64,000 bases of DNA. Origin: Daphnia carinata (Eukaryota). A model generated the notes under the pieces. That model ran no database searches. It was not told where the DNA came from and worked only from the letters and a program-made list of their open reading frames with translations. Shown here piece by piece: positions 6,861 through 18,559 of the stretch. The stretch lies in assembly GCF_022539665.2 (NCBI RefSeq), contig NC_081333.1, positions 9,796,001 to 9,860,000 on the forward strand. Direction: 5' to 3'. How positions within the stretch are numbered: position 1 is the first letter of the stretch; each line of letters opens with the position of its first letter. The translations under genes and the position numbers were made by a program.

Positions 6861-9800
6861 TTATACTTCCCTGATTGAAAAAAAAATTCGTTTAATAAAT
6901 AACCATTCGGAGAATCTGAACTCAAACACTTACGAAGCTTCCATTGATGTATCTCCCATAATAAGATCTTTCATACGTATTAAGTCTGCTCGCGATGGCT
7001 TACCGTTGACCGTTGGTGAAGTTGCATTGGGGGATGAGCAACATTCAGCGCCTGATACGGTAATCTGCACGGAAGAAATTCCGTCGCAAACCTAATCAAT
7101 CAAAATTTTATGAGACCGTAAAGCTATTTACTCTATACATTTTAAAAAATAATTTTCAAAAATCGTGTTAAACTATTTCGATTATTACTTCTGAAACATC
7201 CAGTCGAAGATCTCCAGGCAAAGGTAAAGATGCTGGTACAGGGAGACTTCGGGGAGGTGGCGGTGGTGGGGCAGCTCGCGAAGAATGCTATTGTTGAAGT
7301 AATAAAAATGTAAACAACAGATTAAGGTATGACATTTTAGCGACGTAGCGTCCGATTTACCAGAATGTTGTGAGATTGTTTATCCTGGAAAGGTCGCACC
7401 TGTACGTGAGTTCCTTCAGTGTTGGGAAGTTCCGAGTTGCATATATACGTCGATGAGATGTGCATTTTATAGTTTACGTCCGGTTCAAGTTCCAAGACGT
7501 CTTCCACCTCTGAGGCTGTACTCAGATGTAAAGATCCGGTACTACTAACACCGCTAGAGCTGAAGCTGAGCATAGAATCAGAATTGGTAGCACTTCCTAA
7601 AATACAACAAGAAACAAAAAGGAAATAAATGAATTTTTTTTTCTTTTCCGGAGATGAAATGTAATGTCGTACCCATTAAACCCGAACGAAGAAGTCTACT
7701 CGTTGACAAACTAGAACTGGGGGAAACTGTTTGATTTGCTTGCTGTCCGTAATTCCAAGAAAGGCGCTTATGGATGCTGTTGTTTTTGGCATCTTGTTTC
7801 TGCAGGATTCCGGAAATGAGATTGGATTAATGGCTTTGAATGCATTAGAAATAACTATAGCAGATAACGAAATTTACCTTGATGTCTTCGATGGCTCCAG
7901 CCGTATGATACCTTCGGTGGTCTAAACGCTCGTTTCTCGATAAGCGCTTTGCCAGCGCCGCGTTTAAAACTTGGCGATGATCGTCGTATTCAGGATCAAC
8001 TAGTTCATCCTCCAACTCAGCCCCAACTTCGTTCAAATCGAACGATTCGGTTACAATTTCAGGGGTGGTCGCAGCTACGCCGTCTAAGATTTGCACAAGC
8101 CGAAATTTAACTAAACTAATAGTCAATAGAAGAGGGAAAACAAAAGCCGAATCATCTGCAATAACCACAGGAGAAAAAAGTAAAAAGCATCGGAAGGCCA
8201 GTCACCGTACTTGTCAAAGTTCTTAAATCCACATTAGGATTTATGGCTTCACACGTAGCTGAATGTTGGTTCGAAGGATCGGTGACGTTGACGTTAATGA
8301 GCCCGGCTACGGAGGCTAGACGGCGGGTTTTAACGAGGGGAGGATTGCGAGACTGCGGGACGGGCTGGGCTCGGGTCAAACCTCGTGGCGAAGGCGGAGG
8401 GTACGAAACGCCTCTCTGATTTAAAGCGGAAGCCGATTGGACGCGCCCGGATACACTAAGCGACGACCCTAATAACACCGAAGCAAAAGCCAGGTCACAG
8501 CGTAAGAAAATATGCCAAAAAGAAAACCAGCAAATATAGACTCCGAAGAAGAGATTATTAGAAACTGGTTGATTTGCTTTGATTCCTCAGAAGAACCAGT
8601 AAACCAATAAGCAGGAAGTTTCGTCGAGAGAAAATTTAAATCGCAAAGGTTACTTCTAGGATTGAAGATTGTAGTACACTATCATATCTTCGTGCTCGGA
8701 AAGCAGTGAAGCAGAAACCCTGAAGTAGAAGAAAAGGAAGACGAAAAGAATGATGTATTTACCCATTCCCGAAGTAGTTCCTGAGGCTGGAGTGACCGGA
8801 ACCGGCACAGCGATCGATAAAAGATTAGGCAACGACTGGCCTTGATTGGAAACGGCTTTGACGTGCGGAACCTGTACCGTCAGCGTGTTCGGCGTGGGAA
8901 CAGGTGACATGGAATGATGGAGCGATCGACCTACTATGGAACGTCTAGAGAAAACCACAAACCCAATAAAGATTAAATACAGTAGTGACACTTTATCTGA
9001 AAATCTACGGACTACTTTATGATTTTGTCAATGTACCTGTCAGTACGTGGAGATGGGATTTGTTTGACCGCTGTGGAAGGCGCATGCGGTCCACTTTCTT
9101 CGGACGACGCACTCGAAGTTCGTTTGATTTCCAACGAGTCTACCAAGTTGCCTCGATTAGCATTCGCTAGATCATTCATATCGACGGAGCCACTGTAAAT
9201 GAAGAGAAACGGAATATTAAGTAATTGGCTTATTACTTGGTAGCATAAGAGCTTTGTTAACAGGGAGAAAATAAAGAGGCAAATCACGAGGTCTAACGAA
9301 AACTCAAAAACGTGCACTTACAGAGCAACATTCAACTCGTCATTTTCAGCAGGCAAGAACGGGAGCGAAGGGCTGATCCTGTGCAGTATAAGTATACGTG
9401 CGATCACGCGAAACGACCGAATTGCATGCCAAAATAAAGAAATATAAAACTTTGGTTTTGAAAACATCAAAGAATAGTTGGCACGAACTGAGAAAAGTAC
9501 AAGCAAAACAATGGATAATCTACGCGTGTCGTATAGTCCTTATAAGTGTTGAAACTAAGCTTCTAACCTGTGTGAATGAATTAACGAAGAACCACGGCTT
9601 CCTCTGCTTGAGCCTCTAGGACTACGCGCCACCAGCAATGCAGAATGGGGATAATCAAGATCGTCATCCTCGTCATAGTAAAGCGAAGGATCAGGATGGG
9701 CGGCCGCAGCAGCTGCTGTCGCTTTAGCCTCACGATAAAGCTCTTGCGATTTGCGGAGATGTTCCAACCACACTTTGCTTTGTTTCGGTTCTGAGGCATG

Positions 9801-12800
9801 TAGAGAAAAGGCAGCCGACGCTGTGCCTAGCTCGTTCAGGTAAACGAGGCCAAGCCCAGCTGGATCGCGAGTCAGTTCAATGACAACCAACCGATCAACC
9901 AAACAAGGCGGCCTAATTACTTTGACTCTTTCCGCTTTGCGTGCTACTGGTTTGCAGATCAGCAGAACGTCAGTGAAAAGAAAACAATGGACGTCCATTT
10001 TTGAGGTTCCCTTTTCAGTTAAATAGATGTAGTTAGCGTTTCCATTCTTGTCATACTTTTTACTCATGAAATCTAAATTTAAAAATACCTGGTCGCGAAG
10101 TTTCAAGTCACCCTCAATAAGCAGATAACGCCTTTGGTTCTCGGAACAGTAGGGCATCGGCTTGGTAAGATCCAAATCGCAATGAGACTTGACAAGACGT
10201 TCCACCTCTTCGTCCTTGGTCTCGACAGCGTCGTAAGATTCGATGCGGGAGAGGATCTCGCGTAGGCGTTCTTGTTCGTGTCGCTGCCGCAGAGCCGAGT
10301 TAACTTGACCGACAAAAGACTCGACACTTTGGATCTGTTATTTGATAGTTTTTTTTGTGTGCGCGTATGTGTCATTTCCGCCAGAAAAACGAAGGAAATA
10401 AGGAAACAATCAGTTTAGAAAGATATAGTTCTTTAAGAGCGAATCTAATAAAGACAAACTGACCATTTCGATGAGAATGGGCTTGTGTTCTTCGGCGTCC
10501 GTCTTCTTGTGGACGGCCTTGAGTAGGAGGGAATATTTGGTGAGTCGCTGCATGGGTTTGACCAGGATGTCCATCAGTCTAAGGCGGTTACAATCGCGCT
10601 GCGTCTCGCACCACTGTTAGGTGCATCCAAAATAAAAGCAGAATGCACGTCAGAACAACGTTGATCTTTTTCTGTAATCACGGGGCTAAACTTACCGCTA
10701 AATAGGCTTTGAAGAGTTCGTTGTCGTGGTCTTTCTCTTTGCAGTATTGCTGACATTGACTCTGGTCCAGGCAGTACTTGGTGTACGGGTGGAACAATTC
10801 GTCAAACTGCCAAAATGATTTGTCAATTAGTTTGAAATCGGCTTCCCAAATTGTTTCACAGCTACATGTCAAATACAATGACGGGTCGTTTTGCATGGCT
10901 GCGTTTTCGTTTGGTTTTTTTACCTTTAGGAATCCATCTTGAAGGGAAGTAGGATCGAGCGGAGCTCTGGCACTTCGAGCATTCTTGAGCATTGGGAACA
11001 CGTGCTCGGCCCAAAATTGCCTATTTGCCACGTAAATCTCTGGCAAATTTGAGAAGAGTCGCTCCGTGTCGATCTCGTTAAGGATCTGGGCCGCTTGGAG
11101 GTTGCAGAGGCAGGCCATGAACAACTGAAGAAAGAAAGCCAGATGTAACGTGTTATGTACATAAACCATTCACTCGCCCACAAAATGACAATGAATCAAT
11201 AACGAAAGCCAGCCTTGCTCTTGATAGAGGTTGTATAAAGGAACGAGTCCAAAAAGGACAGAGCCATCACTATTCTCACATCATCAGAATAAGCGAAGGG
11301 CTCGTAAACCGAAAGAGAGTGAGCTACATAGATCGCATAAGACTTACGTCAGTGATGACTTTGAGGGTTCGCAGATAAGCCACTTCCGTCTGAACGAGCT
11401 CCCAAATGGCGTTCTGCTGCTGACGCTGTCGTTCGGGCAGCGATGTCCAGTCCATGACGATCAACTTCCAGTCTTCCTCCAAACTACGAATGTCACAAGG
11501 ACGTAAGCAGTAGGTCATGATTAATATCAATTCAGCTACTATCATCGTTTTTATTTGATCACGTTATGTTAGCACAATTTCCCTTACCTGTAGAGCGCCT
11601 CTTCCGTGTCCTCGTCGGCTTCGAAAGAAAGAAGATGAGGTAACCGCGGTATGCCGTGCCGGCTGTAATCATTCAACTGTTCGGCCAGCAGGTCCATTTT
11701 CGTGTCCTGAAAGATATATTCATGATCGTACGTTCAATTATGATAACACTCAAGTTCCCTATGTGGACATGATAATGGAAATGCAACAGGAATAGCCAGA
11801 AATAACAGTCTTGTTTATGTCCTCCCACCTTGTATGTCGAGCCGAAGAGACCACTCCATCGCGTGGTGGCTTTAGCGCCTTTGCCCTTGAGCGATCCCTC
11901 GTGAGAGCCACTACTAGCTAGATTGGCCATGCTGATGGGCAGGTTTCCGGAAACAGGATGGGTTGGACAATCGGCTCCGATCGCCGTCGGATCTTCGGTA
12001 CTAGTTGCTCCGCTAAGCGCCCGACTCGTCTTCCCACTTCGATTGCTCTGCAGATCGATTCAAATGATTACTATACTAGCACACTAACATTACGCAATGT
12101 AAAAACACTTGGCACAAAGCGTAAACTCCGAAACAATCAATTGAACTGAAAAGAATGACAAGTGTGGCGAGGTGAAAAATGAACTTACTCCTGAACTTTT
12201 CCTTGAAGATTGATGTTGTAAGAGAGGCTTGGAGACCACATTCCGCACAGGACTTTTGACGCCATCTTTAGCTAAAAGTGCAATGGTACCGCGGTAAAAG
12301 AGAAAAAGACGTGAATAAGTAAGCTTTGAGTTGCCTTGTTTTCAGACAATCGCATTTGCTCAGACTGGGGAATGGATTCAGGAAGGACGAATGAATGAAT
12401 AGGGGTGCTCGAAAGATAGGCGGTGACACAGTTATGTCAAAGGGATCCAGGAAATCAAAATTAGGAATACTATCGCCGGCTTTTGGTCTATTGATCGAAT
12501 GGGAAAGCCCAATGGTTGAACAGGCAACCTAATCTCAAATTCTTGCGGGAGCCGCTTTCACTTGATACCTTTGATCCTGAGGTGTTTACCACCCAGCCAG
12601 AAAGTCTCGGTCGTTATCAAGGACAGTGGTGTTTTGGACGAGTCCAGATAGACGTTGACGTTTGACAGATCAACTCCGCGACGCATGCAGACGGCGGCGA
12701 GCGCCTCCCTGTTTGTTCATTGACAATGCAGGTAGAAACAAACGGAATGGGAAAATTGCATTTTAAATCGATATTAATAGAACTCTTTTGAATTTTTTTT

Positions 12801-13376
12801 GAACGTCTGGCGTCAACCTACCTTAAACTCGTTCCTTTGGAGGCGGCTACGAATTCCTCCTGTCCGGGTTCTTCCAAACAGTCAAAACTGACGCTGAAGT
12901 ACTCGGAACTCGTGATCTGTTTTGTAAAACGGGAAACAAACAAAAAGGGAAAAACGAAATAAGAAAAGCGACACGGGCTGGAGTGGCTCTTGTAACGAAT
13001 ACAACTTATGAAACTCTCTAAAGAAGGCACATTATACAAGGATTTGAATAAAATAAACAATGAAAGGGGTGGATGAAGTTACTTTGTAAAGATTAGACAA
13101 TCGCCTCCGTCTCACGGCTGGATCGGAAGAGCTGTGTTCCTCTGTAGTTGATGCAGAAGAGCTGATAGGTGTGGGGCTAGTCAACGCCACAACGGAGGTG
13201 GTGATGGGACTGGAGAGAATCGGAGCCGCCATCGCCGGCACGGCCAATCTGTCCTGCGAGCCGCCGGCCAATTGCATCGTCGAATCCGGCTCAGAGCGGC
13301 AGTCCCCGGAGTTTTCTCGCGACACCAACATGCCCGGATCCAAGGTGTCTATGTGTGTCAAACTCTTCGAACGGCC
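6861..13376 (-). CDS. PLEKHG5: PLEKHG5/Syx-like Rho guanine nucleotide exchange factor, core exon cluster (RBD, DH, PH, C-terminal ASEV PDZ-binding motif)
   Basis: Phase-consistent GT-AG exons, 5'->3': 13083-13376, 12822-12916, 12569-12708, 12189-12271, 11829-12047, 11588-11706, 11348-11483, 10924-11124, 10696-10806, 10464-10613, 10089-10334, 9568-10010, 9037-9192, 8763-8944, 8211-8468, 7878-8083, 7673-7799, 7478-7596, 7361-7399, 7189-7287, 6934-7091, 6861-6870. Motifs: RBD VYLDSSKTPLSL..FWLGGKHLRIKA; DH QQNAIWELVQTEVAYLRTL and KPMQRLTKYSLLL; PH SKMDVHCFLFTDVLLI; C-terminus MEASEV*. Family assignment is from recalled similarity to vertebrate PLEKHG5. Confidence 0.93.
9568..10010 (-). CDS. PLEKHG5: PH domain exon of the PLEKHG5-like gene
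   Basis: GTSKMDVHCFLFTDVLLICKPV..VKVIRPPCLVDRL..LVYLNELG..KVWLEHLRKSQ. Confidence 0.93.
10089..11483 (-). CDS. PLEKHG5: DH (RhoGEF) domain-encoding exons of the PLEKHG5-like gene
   Basis: AIWELVQTEVAYLRTLKVITD|LFMACL..RLFSNLPEIY..|FDELFHPYTKYC..|WCETQRDCNRLRLMDILVKPMQRLTKYSLLLKAV..|..VNSALRQRHEQERL. Confidence 0.93.
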
Positions 13377-16300
13377 CTGCATGTATTCCATCAAAAAAAA
13401 AAAAAAAAAAAAAAATAGAAAAACGCTGTTCGTTAAAAATGTTGATGGTGAAGTAGAAAAAAGCATGGCAAAGCTACAGTAACTATATAGCTGGGATTCG
13501 AACAATCATTACATTAAAATCGATTGGAAATGGTAGCCAAATAGTAATAGGGTAGAGCTAAAAGGAAGATCTTGAAACCATGTCCAATTCATTCCGGTCG
13601 AGCTATTAGTGAACAAATGAAAACGAAGCAGGCAGAAAGGAGTAAGAGAAGAAGACAAGCGAAACAAAAATGAGAAAAAGAAATCAAAAAGAAAAGACGA
13701 TTCCTTCCGCTACGAGATTCTATTGGCTCTTGCGTCCGTCAATCGATAAAGCCGAGAAAATGGTAGAAAAAGTAGATCACCGGTCGAATGCGGTGCAAAG
13801 CGGAAAAATCTATGGAAAGTGAATTAAATACATGAAAAGGGGAAATCCGCTTCCATTATTGTATCGACATTTCAGGGAGCTACTCGTTTCTATTCTCGTT
13901 CCTTTTCTCTTTTTTTAAACTTTTGTCTCCCTCTGTTGGCTCAAAGAAACGGAAACAACAGTAGACATTGACGTAGGTAAAGATAGCGAACACGGATGCA
14001 GAACTAGGGGGACGAGGAAACCAAATCTAGACTGTCTCTTTCCCTTTTCCCTAGTCAAATCAGAGATAAATCTACACGAATGTGAATTGATTGTTAATTC
14101 GTTCGGTCTGATGATGCGTATAACCGACGTTTAAACATTTATTTTTTTTTTTAAGTAGGTGGAAGAAGAAACCATCAGCCATCAGCGAAAGAGAGACAAA
14201 TGTTACGCTGCTATAAATATCACAAAATTGCGTAACCCGTGAAAAAAAGAGGGGAGAACTGTGAAAGTATAGTTTAAACCCATTCGACGGTATTTTGGCT
14301 TGTCCCGTGAACTAGACTTTGTTTACAAACAGATATGGATACAAACGTAGAACAAACTTTACGAGTAGGGGAGGGATAACTCGATAGATCAAAACTCGAT
14401 TGGCGCACTATACCCAGGTACGTCACGAAACAATCAAATAAGGAAGACGAACAGGCGCCAAAGCATCATGACGATCACGCCTACTTGTCTAACTTCTGCG
14501 CCCACCATAAAATCTCATCGACGGCAAAAGATATTGGATTAGAGTGGATGTCCATACAGACAAGAGCAGCCTTTTTCTAGCGCCCAATCGTCCATCATCA
14601 TCCGAACACTCCTTTTACAAATACACATTACCTCCGCGAACAGACAACAAACAACCCGTTACTACGCAAACAGACGGATGGTCGGCGCTGGATCGCCTTC
14701 CACAATCTTTTTTCCTAGCCAACATTGACGTAAAGGCCAGGACAATTGTTCCATATTCACCGTGGATTTATGCGCATTTATGCGAACACACAAAGCGAAG
14801 GAGCAAAGCTCTTTAGCTTGTCTGCCGCGTGATTTACCAATATTGCGATAAACAGTTTGCGCCGTTCTCTGCAGTTGGTTCTCTTGGGAAACTGGCAAAT
14901 CCTTTGGCGTCCCCGAATTGATGGAACTTGTGTCTGGAGGTCATGGCAGCGAGAGACAACGGTCAAACTGAAAACAACAACGCAGTCACTACTGATGATT
15001 CTCCACGTAAAATACGTCATTGGCCCATTATCTTCCTCATATCTGTTTGCATTGATTCGCAACAAAAGAAGTCCGCTCTTGGGTTGCATTTACTAGTACG
15101 TCATGGTTGGGATTTCAGGGTATAGAATCCGTGTTTCAAATGGCCTAACGTGGAAACGGAGAAGGTGGGGTACCAGTTCGGAGAAGTAGGAAATAGGGTT
15201 ATAGCCTTAGTACGTGCACGTAAGCGCAATACTTACTAAAACAGTGATCAATAATGGCAGCGAAAGTTAGAGGCTGTCAGGTCAACTTATTCTGAAATTT
15301 ATCTGCATTTTTGTACTCAACTTACTGTCGAGTGTCAAACAGTCAATAATGGTGAGAATGTATATTAAATGCTCGCTAGTTTCCAGGGTTCATCTATTCT
15401 AGAGTGGCCGTCTTTGTGCTTCAATGTACGACAAAAGGGCCGGCGGAATTCGCGGAATGGTCTGATAGGCGCTTTTTGCTTTCGCACAAAAGATGGGCGG
15501 AAACGGGTGAGGAAATGTTACAGATAACTAAAATACTGATAATCGTAATTATGGCGTACTGGCCAAGATTAGAACAGAATCCACTCGCATTAGATTCCAA
15601 TAAGATAACAAATTTAATTACTAAAAACGAGAAGAAAATCAAGGCTGGAAAGGGTATTTTAAAACGCGGTGAGGCAAGAATTGTAGCATTACATTAAAAA
15701 AAAGAAAAGAAAAAAAGAAAAGAAAATCAATTTTCATGTTTTTAAATTCACGCTTTTCATTTAGTGGATGTGACAGAAACAGCGAAGCACCGTTAGAATG
15801 CAACTCTAGATTAGACAAACTTCCGTTTCCTACTTCAACGCCCAATATAGCTTCAACCTCCTTCTCACCCTGTCCTCGAATTCTTTAACTTTTGCTATTT
15901 CATTTACCGGCTTGGAGCCCTGCTGGCATTGAAATAAAGGCTGTCCATGTATGAAAAGGTCTTCATCAGGACGCTAACAATGTTCTTGGCCAATATCGAC
16001 GCCATATTTTCTCTTTGGATAATAATGGTAGTAATTTAAGCCCCCCTCCCTTTCTCTCCCCGACACCTTCTTTTTTTTTTATCCTGCTAAGTATCAAACA
16101 CCCAAACAGGCAGTGCGTTCTATAACCAACTGGAAGCCTTGCCGCTGGCTTCGGTCTATTCTGTGTCTCATTAACAAGAAGGACGAGCATGGACGGGACC
16201 TTCGATTCAGTAGAAATGGTACAAATGTGTAATGGTGGTAATGGGATTCAACATTGTAGCTCTGGTATATGCTCTCCAAAATGCAATATTCCATCGCTGT

Positions 16301-18307
16301 CACTTGCATATGTCAAGTACTGTGCCTTACAATAATTCAAATCAAAATGGATGCTGTCGCATGGAAAAGAGTGGCTGACCAGACGGGCGGTTGTTACGTT
16401 TGACATCGTACGAGAATGCAAAAACAGAGTGGCTCGATAAGCAAACGGATCGTCCGTTTTGCCTTTGCGGTCGTTCGTTGTCGTTGTTCTCCCTACAGCC
16501 TTTTTGAATACATTCAATGGATACGCATGATAGATGTGCTCTTCACAAAGCTAATATTTGGTACATGCAATACATATTTTGATAAACCAAAAACATTTGC
16601 TGTCACAGCCTTCTCCATTTCCGTCCACTACGTCGCAAAAGTCTGGAGAAACAAAAAAGATTCAAGCTGCCTCATTTTTGTTTTCTTTGCTTTTTAGTTT
16701 CCTTTTTCTAACTCGCCAATGTGATGCTACTGAGAATCCTAACGAGCTCACTATTGAGGCTTTTTTCGATAGTCATACTACATTAGAAGTTTTTTTTTTT
16801 TTACATTTTCAACATTTACACGTATCAGTTTCTCAGCAAACATACCCGAACAACATACGGGATGGATTGCATAACTTTAACGTCAGTTATAGATCGTCAG
16901 AGTTAGTGTTTTTTTTTTATTAGCCAATTCATTCGAGAATCCCACATCCCTTTTTTTCCTAATCATTTGAGACGTGCAAAACGCTCATGTAGATGGCCGT
17001 CAGCAGAACGGGATATAATCTTCAATGGAGATTCACGCATTGGGAGAAGAAGAGAAGGAATTAAGGCCAAAAAAACAGAAGGATGGTTTGTCATTAGCCG
17101 CTCCGATGAGGCAAAAAAAAAAATTCAGAAAGATGATGCGCTTAGATAGGGAATCATCTTGGAACATGCCATGAAGGTATGTCACCACCCTTGTAGTTTT
17201 GCTGGTAGCCTCGGTTTGCCGATTCATCTTCATTAGTGACCATGTACTTGGATAGAATTGCGCGCATGCTACTAGTTCCAGTTGGTATCTCATTTAGTTT
17301 CCATTTTTTTTTTGTGTTCCTCATCTATCTGAGTTTGGCTTTCTTTTTTTGTTCTCTCTGATCATTTCGTTACATTCACCACCAGTCACGCGCGATTCTC
17401 TACAAATGAGTGAACGTGGAAAGAACATTGCGGTAGAATAGCCTCGACCCAACTTCGATAATCCTGCTAACAGAGAACCCTAAATTTGTGGGCTCATTGC
17501 CAATAAGATCGACAGATTTCCTTCCAAAAGCTAGCCAAATTACCTAAATGCATATTACTCAGCCGGCATGTAATACAGTCAGAAGCTCCTACGTGACGGC
17601 TGTTCGCATAACCCCATGGACTAAGAACATAACAAGGTATGTACGTACCCGTATATCAGGATTCTTTATTTGGAAATATGACATTAAGAGAAAAGACAGA
17701 AAATCCTCCTTCCGACGAGAGTAATGCAAAGAAACGGGATATCTCCGCATTTGATAAACACTCGATGTGAACGAGTTTCGACCGGAGAGGCTTGCCATCC
17801 ATTTCGAAAAGATAGGAACGATGGAGGCGGATAAGGGAGTGATGGGCAATGAATGATGAAAACAGAGACAGCTGAGAAATAAGAAGTCAAAAAGCGAGAC
17901 TGGAGGCAGGACGGTTGCAACAGAAGCAATCGTCTGCTTTGCAATGAAGCGGAAATGTCACCGCATTAACATATGCAAGGCCTTACCGGTCGTAGTTTGG
18001 CTATGTTCATAAGGAAACTTCCCCGGAGGGAAAAAAAGAATTCACGCATTGGCTACATGTTAATGATATTCGAGTCATTCCTGCATTTTTCATTGATTTT
18101 CAAGCTCCCATTCTAATTCACGTCTAATTCGAAGTGTTTCCCCTTTTACGATTTCTCCTTTATCTTTCATTATTTGGATGGTCAGCTGATGACGATATCT
18201 CTAAAAACAAAATGACAATTGGCAGATATTAATCGCGTTCTTCCACGAACTACTGGAGCGCAGACGGATGCATTGATTGTGGGGAACGCCAATAATGGAC
18301 ACGCTAC

Positions 18308-18559
18308 CTGCATCCGAGCGGCCGGAGGCGTGACCAGTAGGAACAACTTCATGGTCGAGTGTAGGAAATCGTCCGTGTGATGCTGCGTCTGGTGCGCTTT
18401 TTGCTGTTGCTGTGGCTCGTGCAGTTTAGGTTGGCTAACCGATCGAGTGGTCACCAAGTTCGGCACAGGAGACGCATCCGTCGGTAGCAAGAGTTCGGGT
18501 GTCAGTCTACGTAAACCGATCGTCAATTTGGTGTCGGTGCGCATCTTTTCGCTGCCCAT
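18308..18559 (-). CDS. PLEKHG5: Candidate alternative first coding exon (MGSEKMRTD...PPAARMQ)
   Basis: ATG at 18559, 84 open codons, donor CAG|GTAGCG; phase 0 matches the acceptors at 13376 and 12916. Confidence 0.55.
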
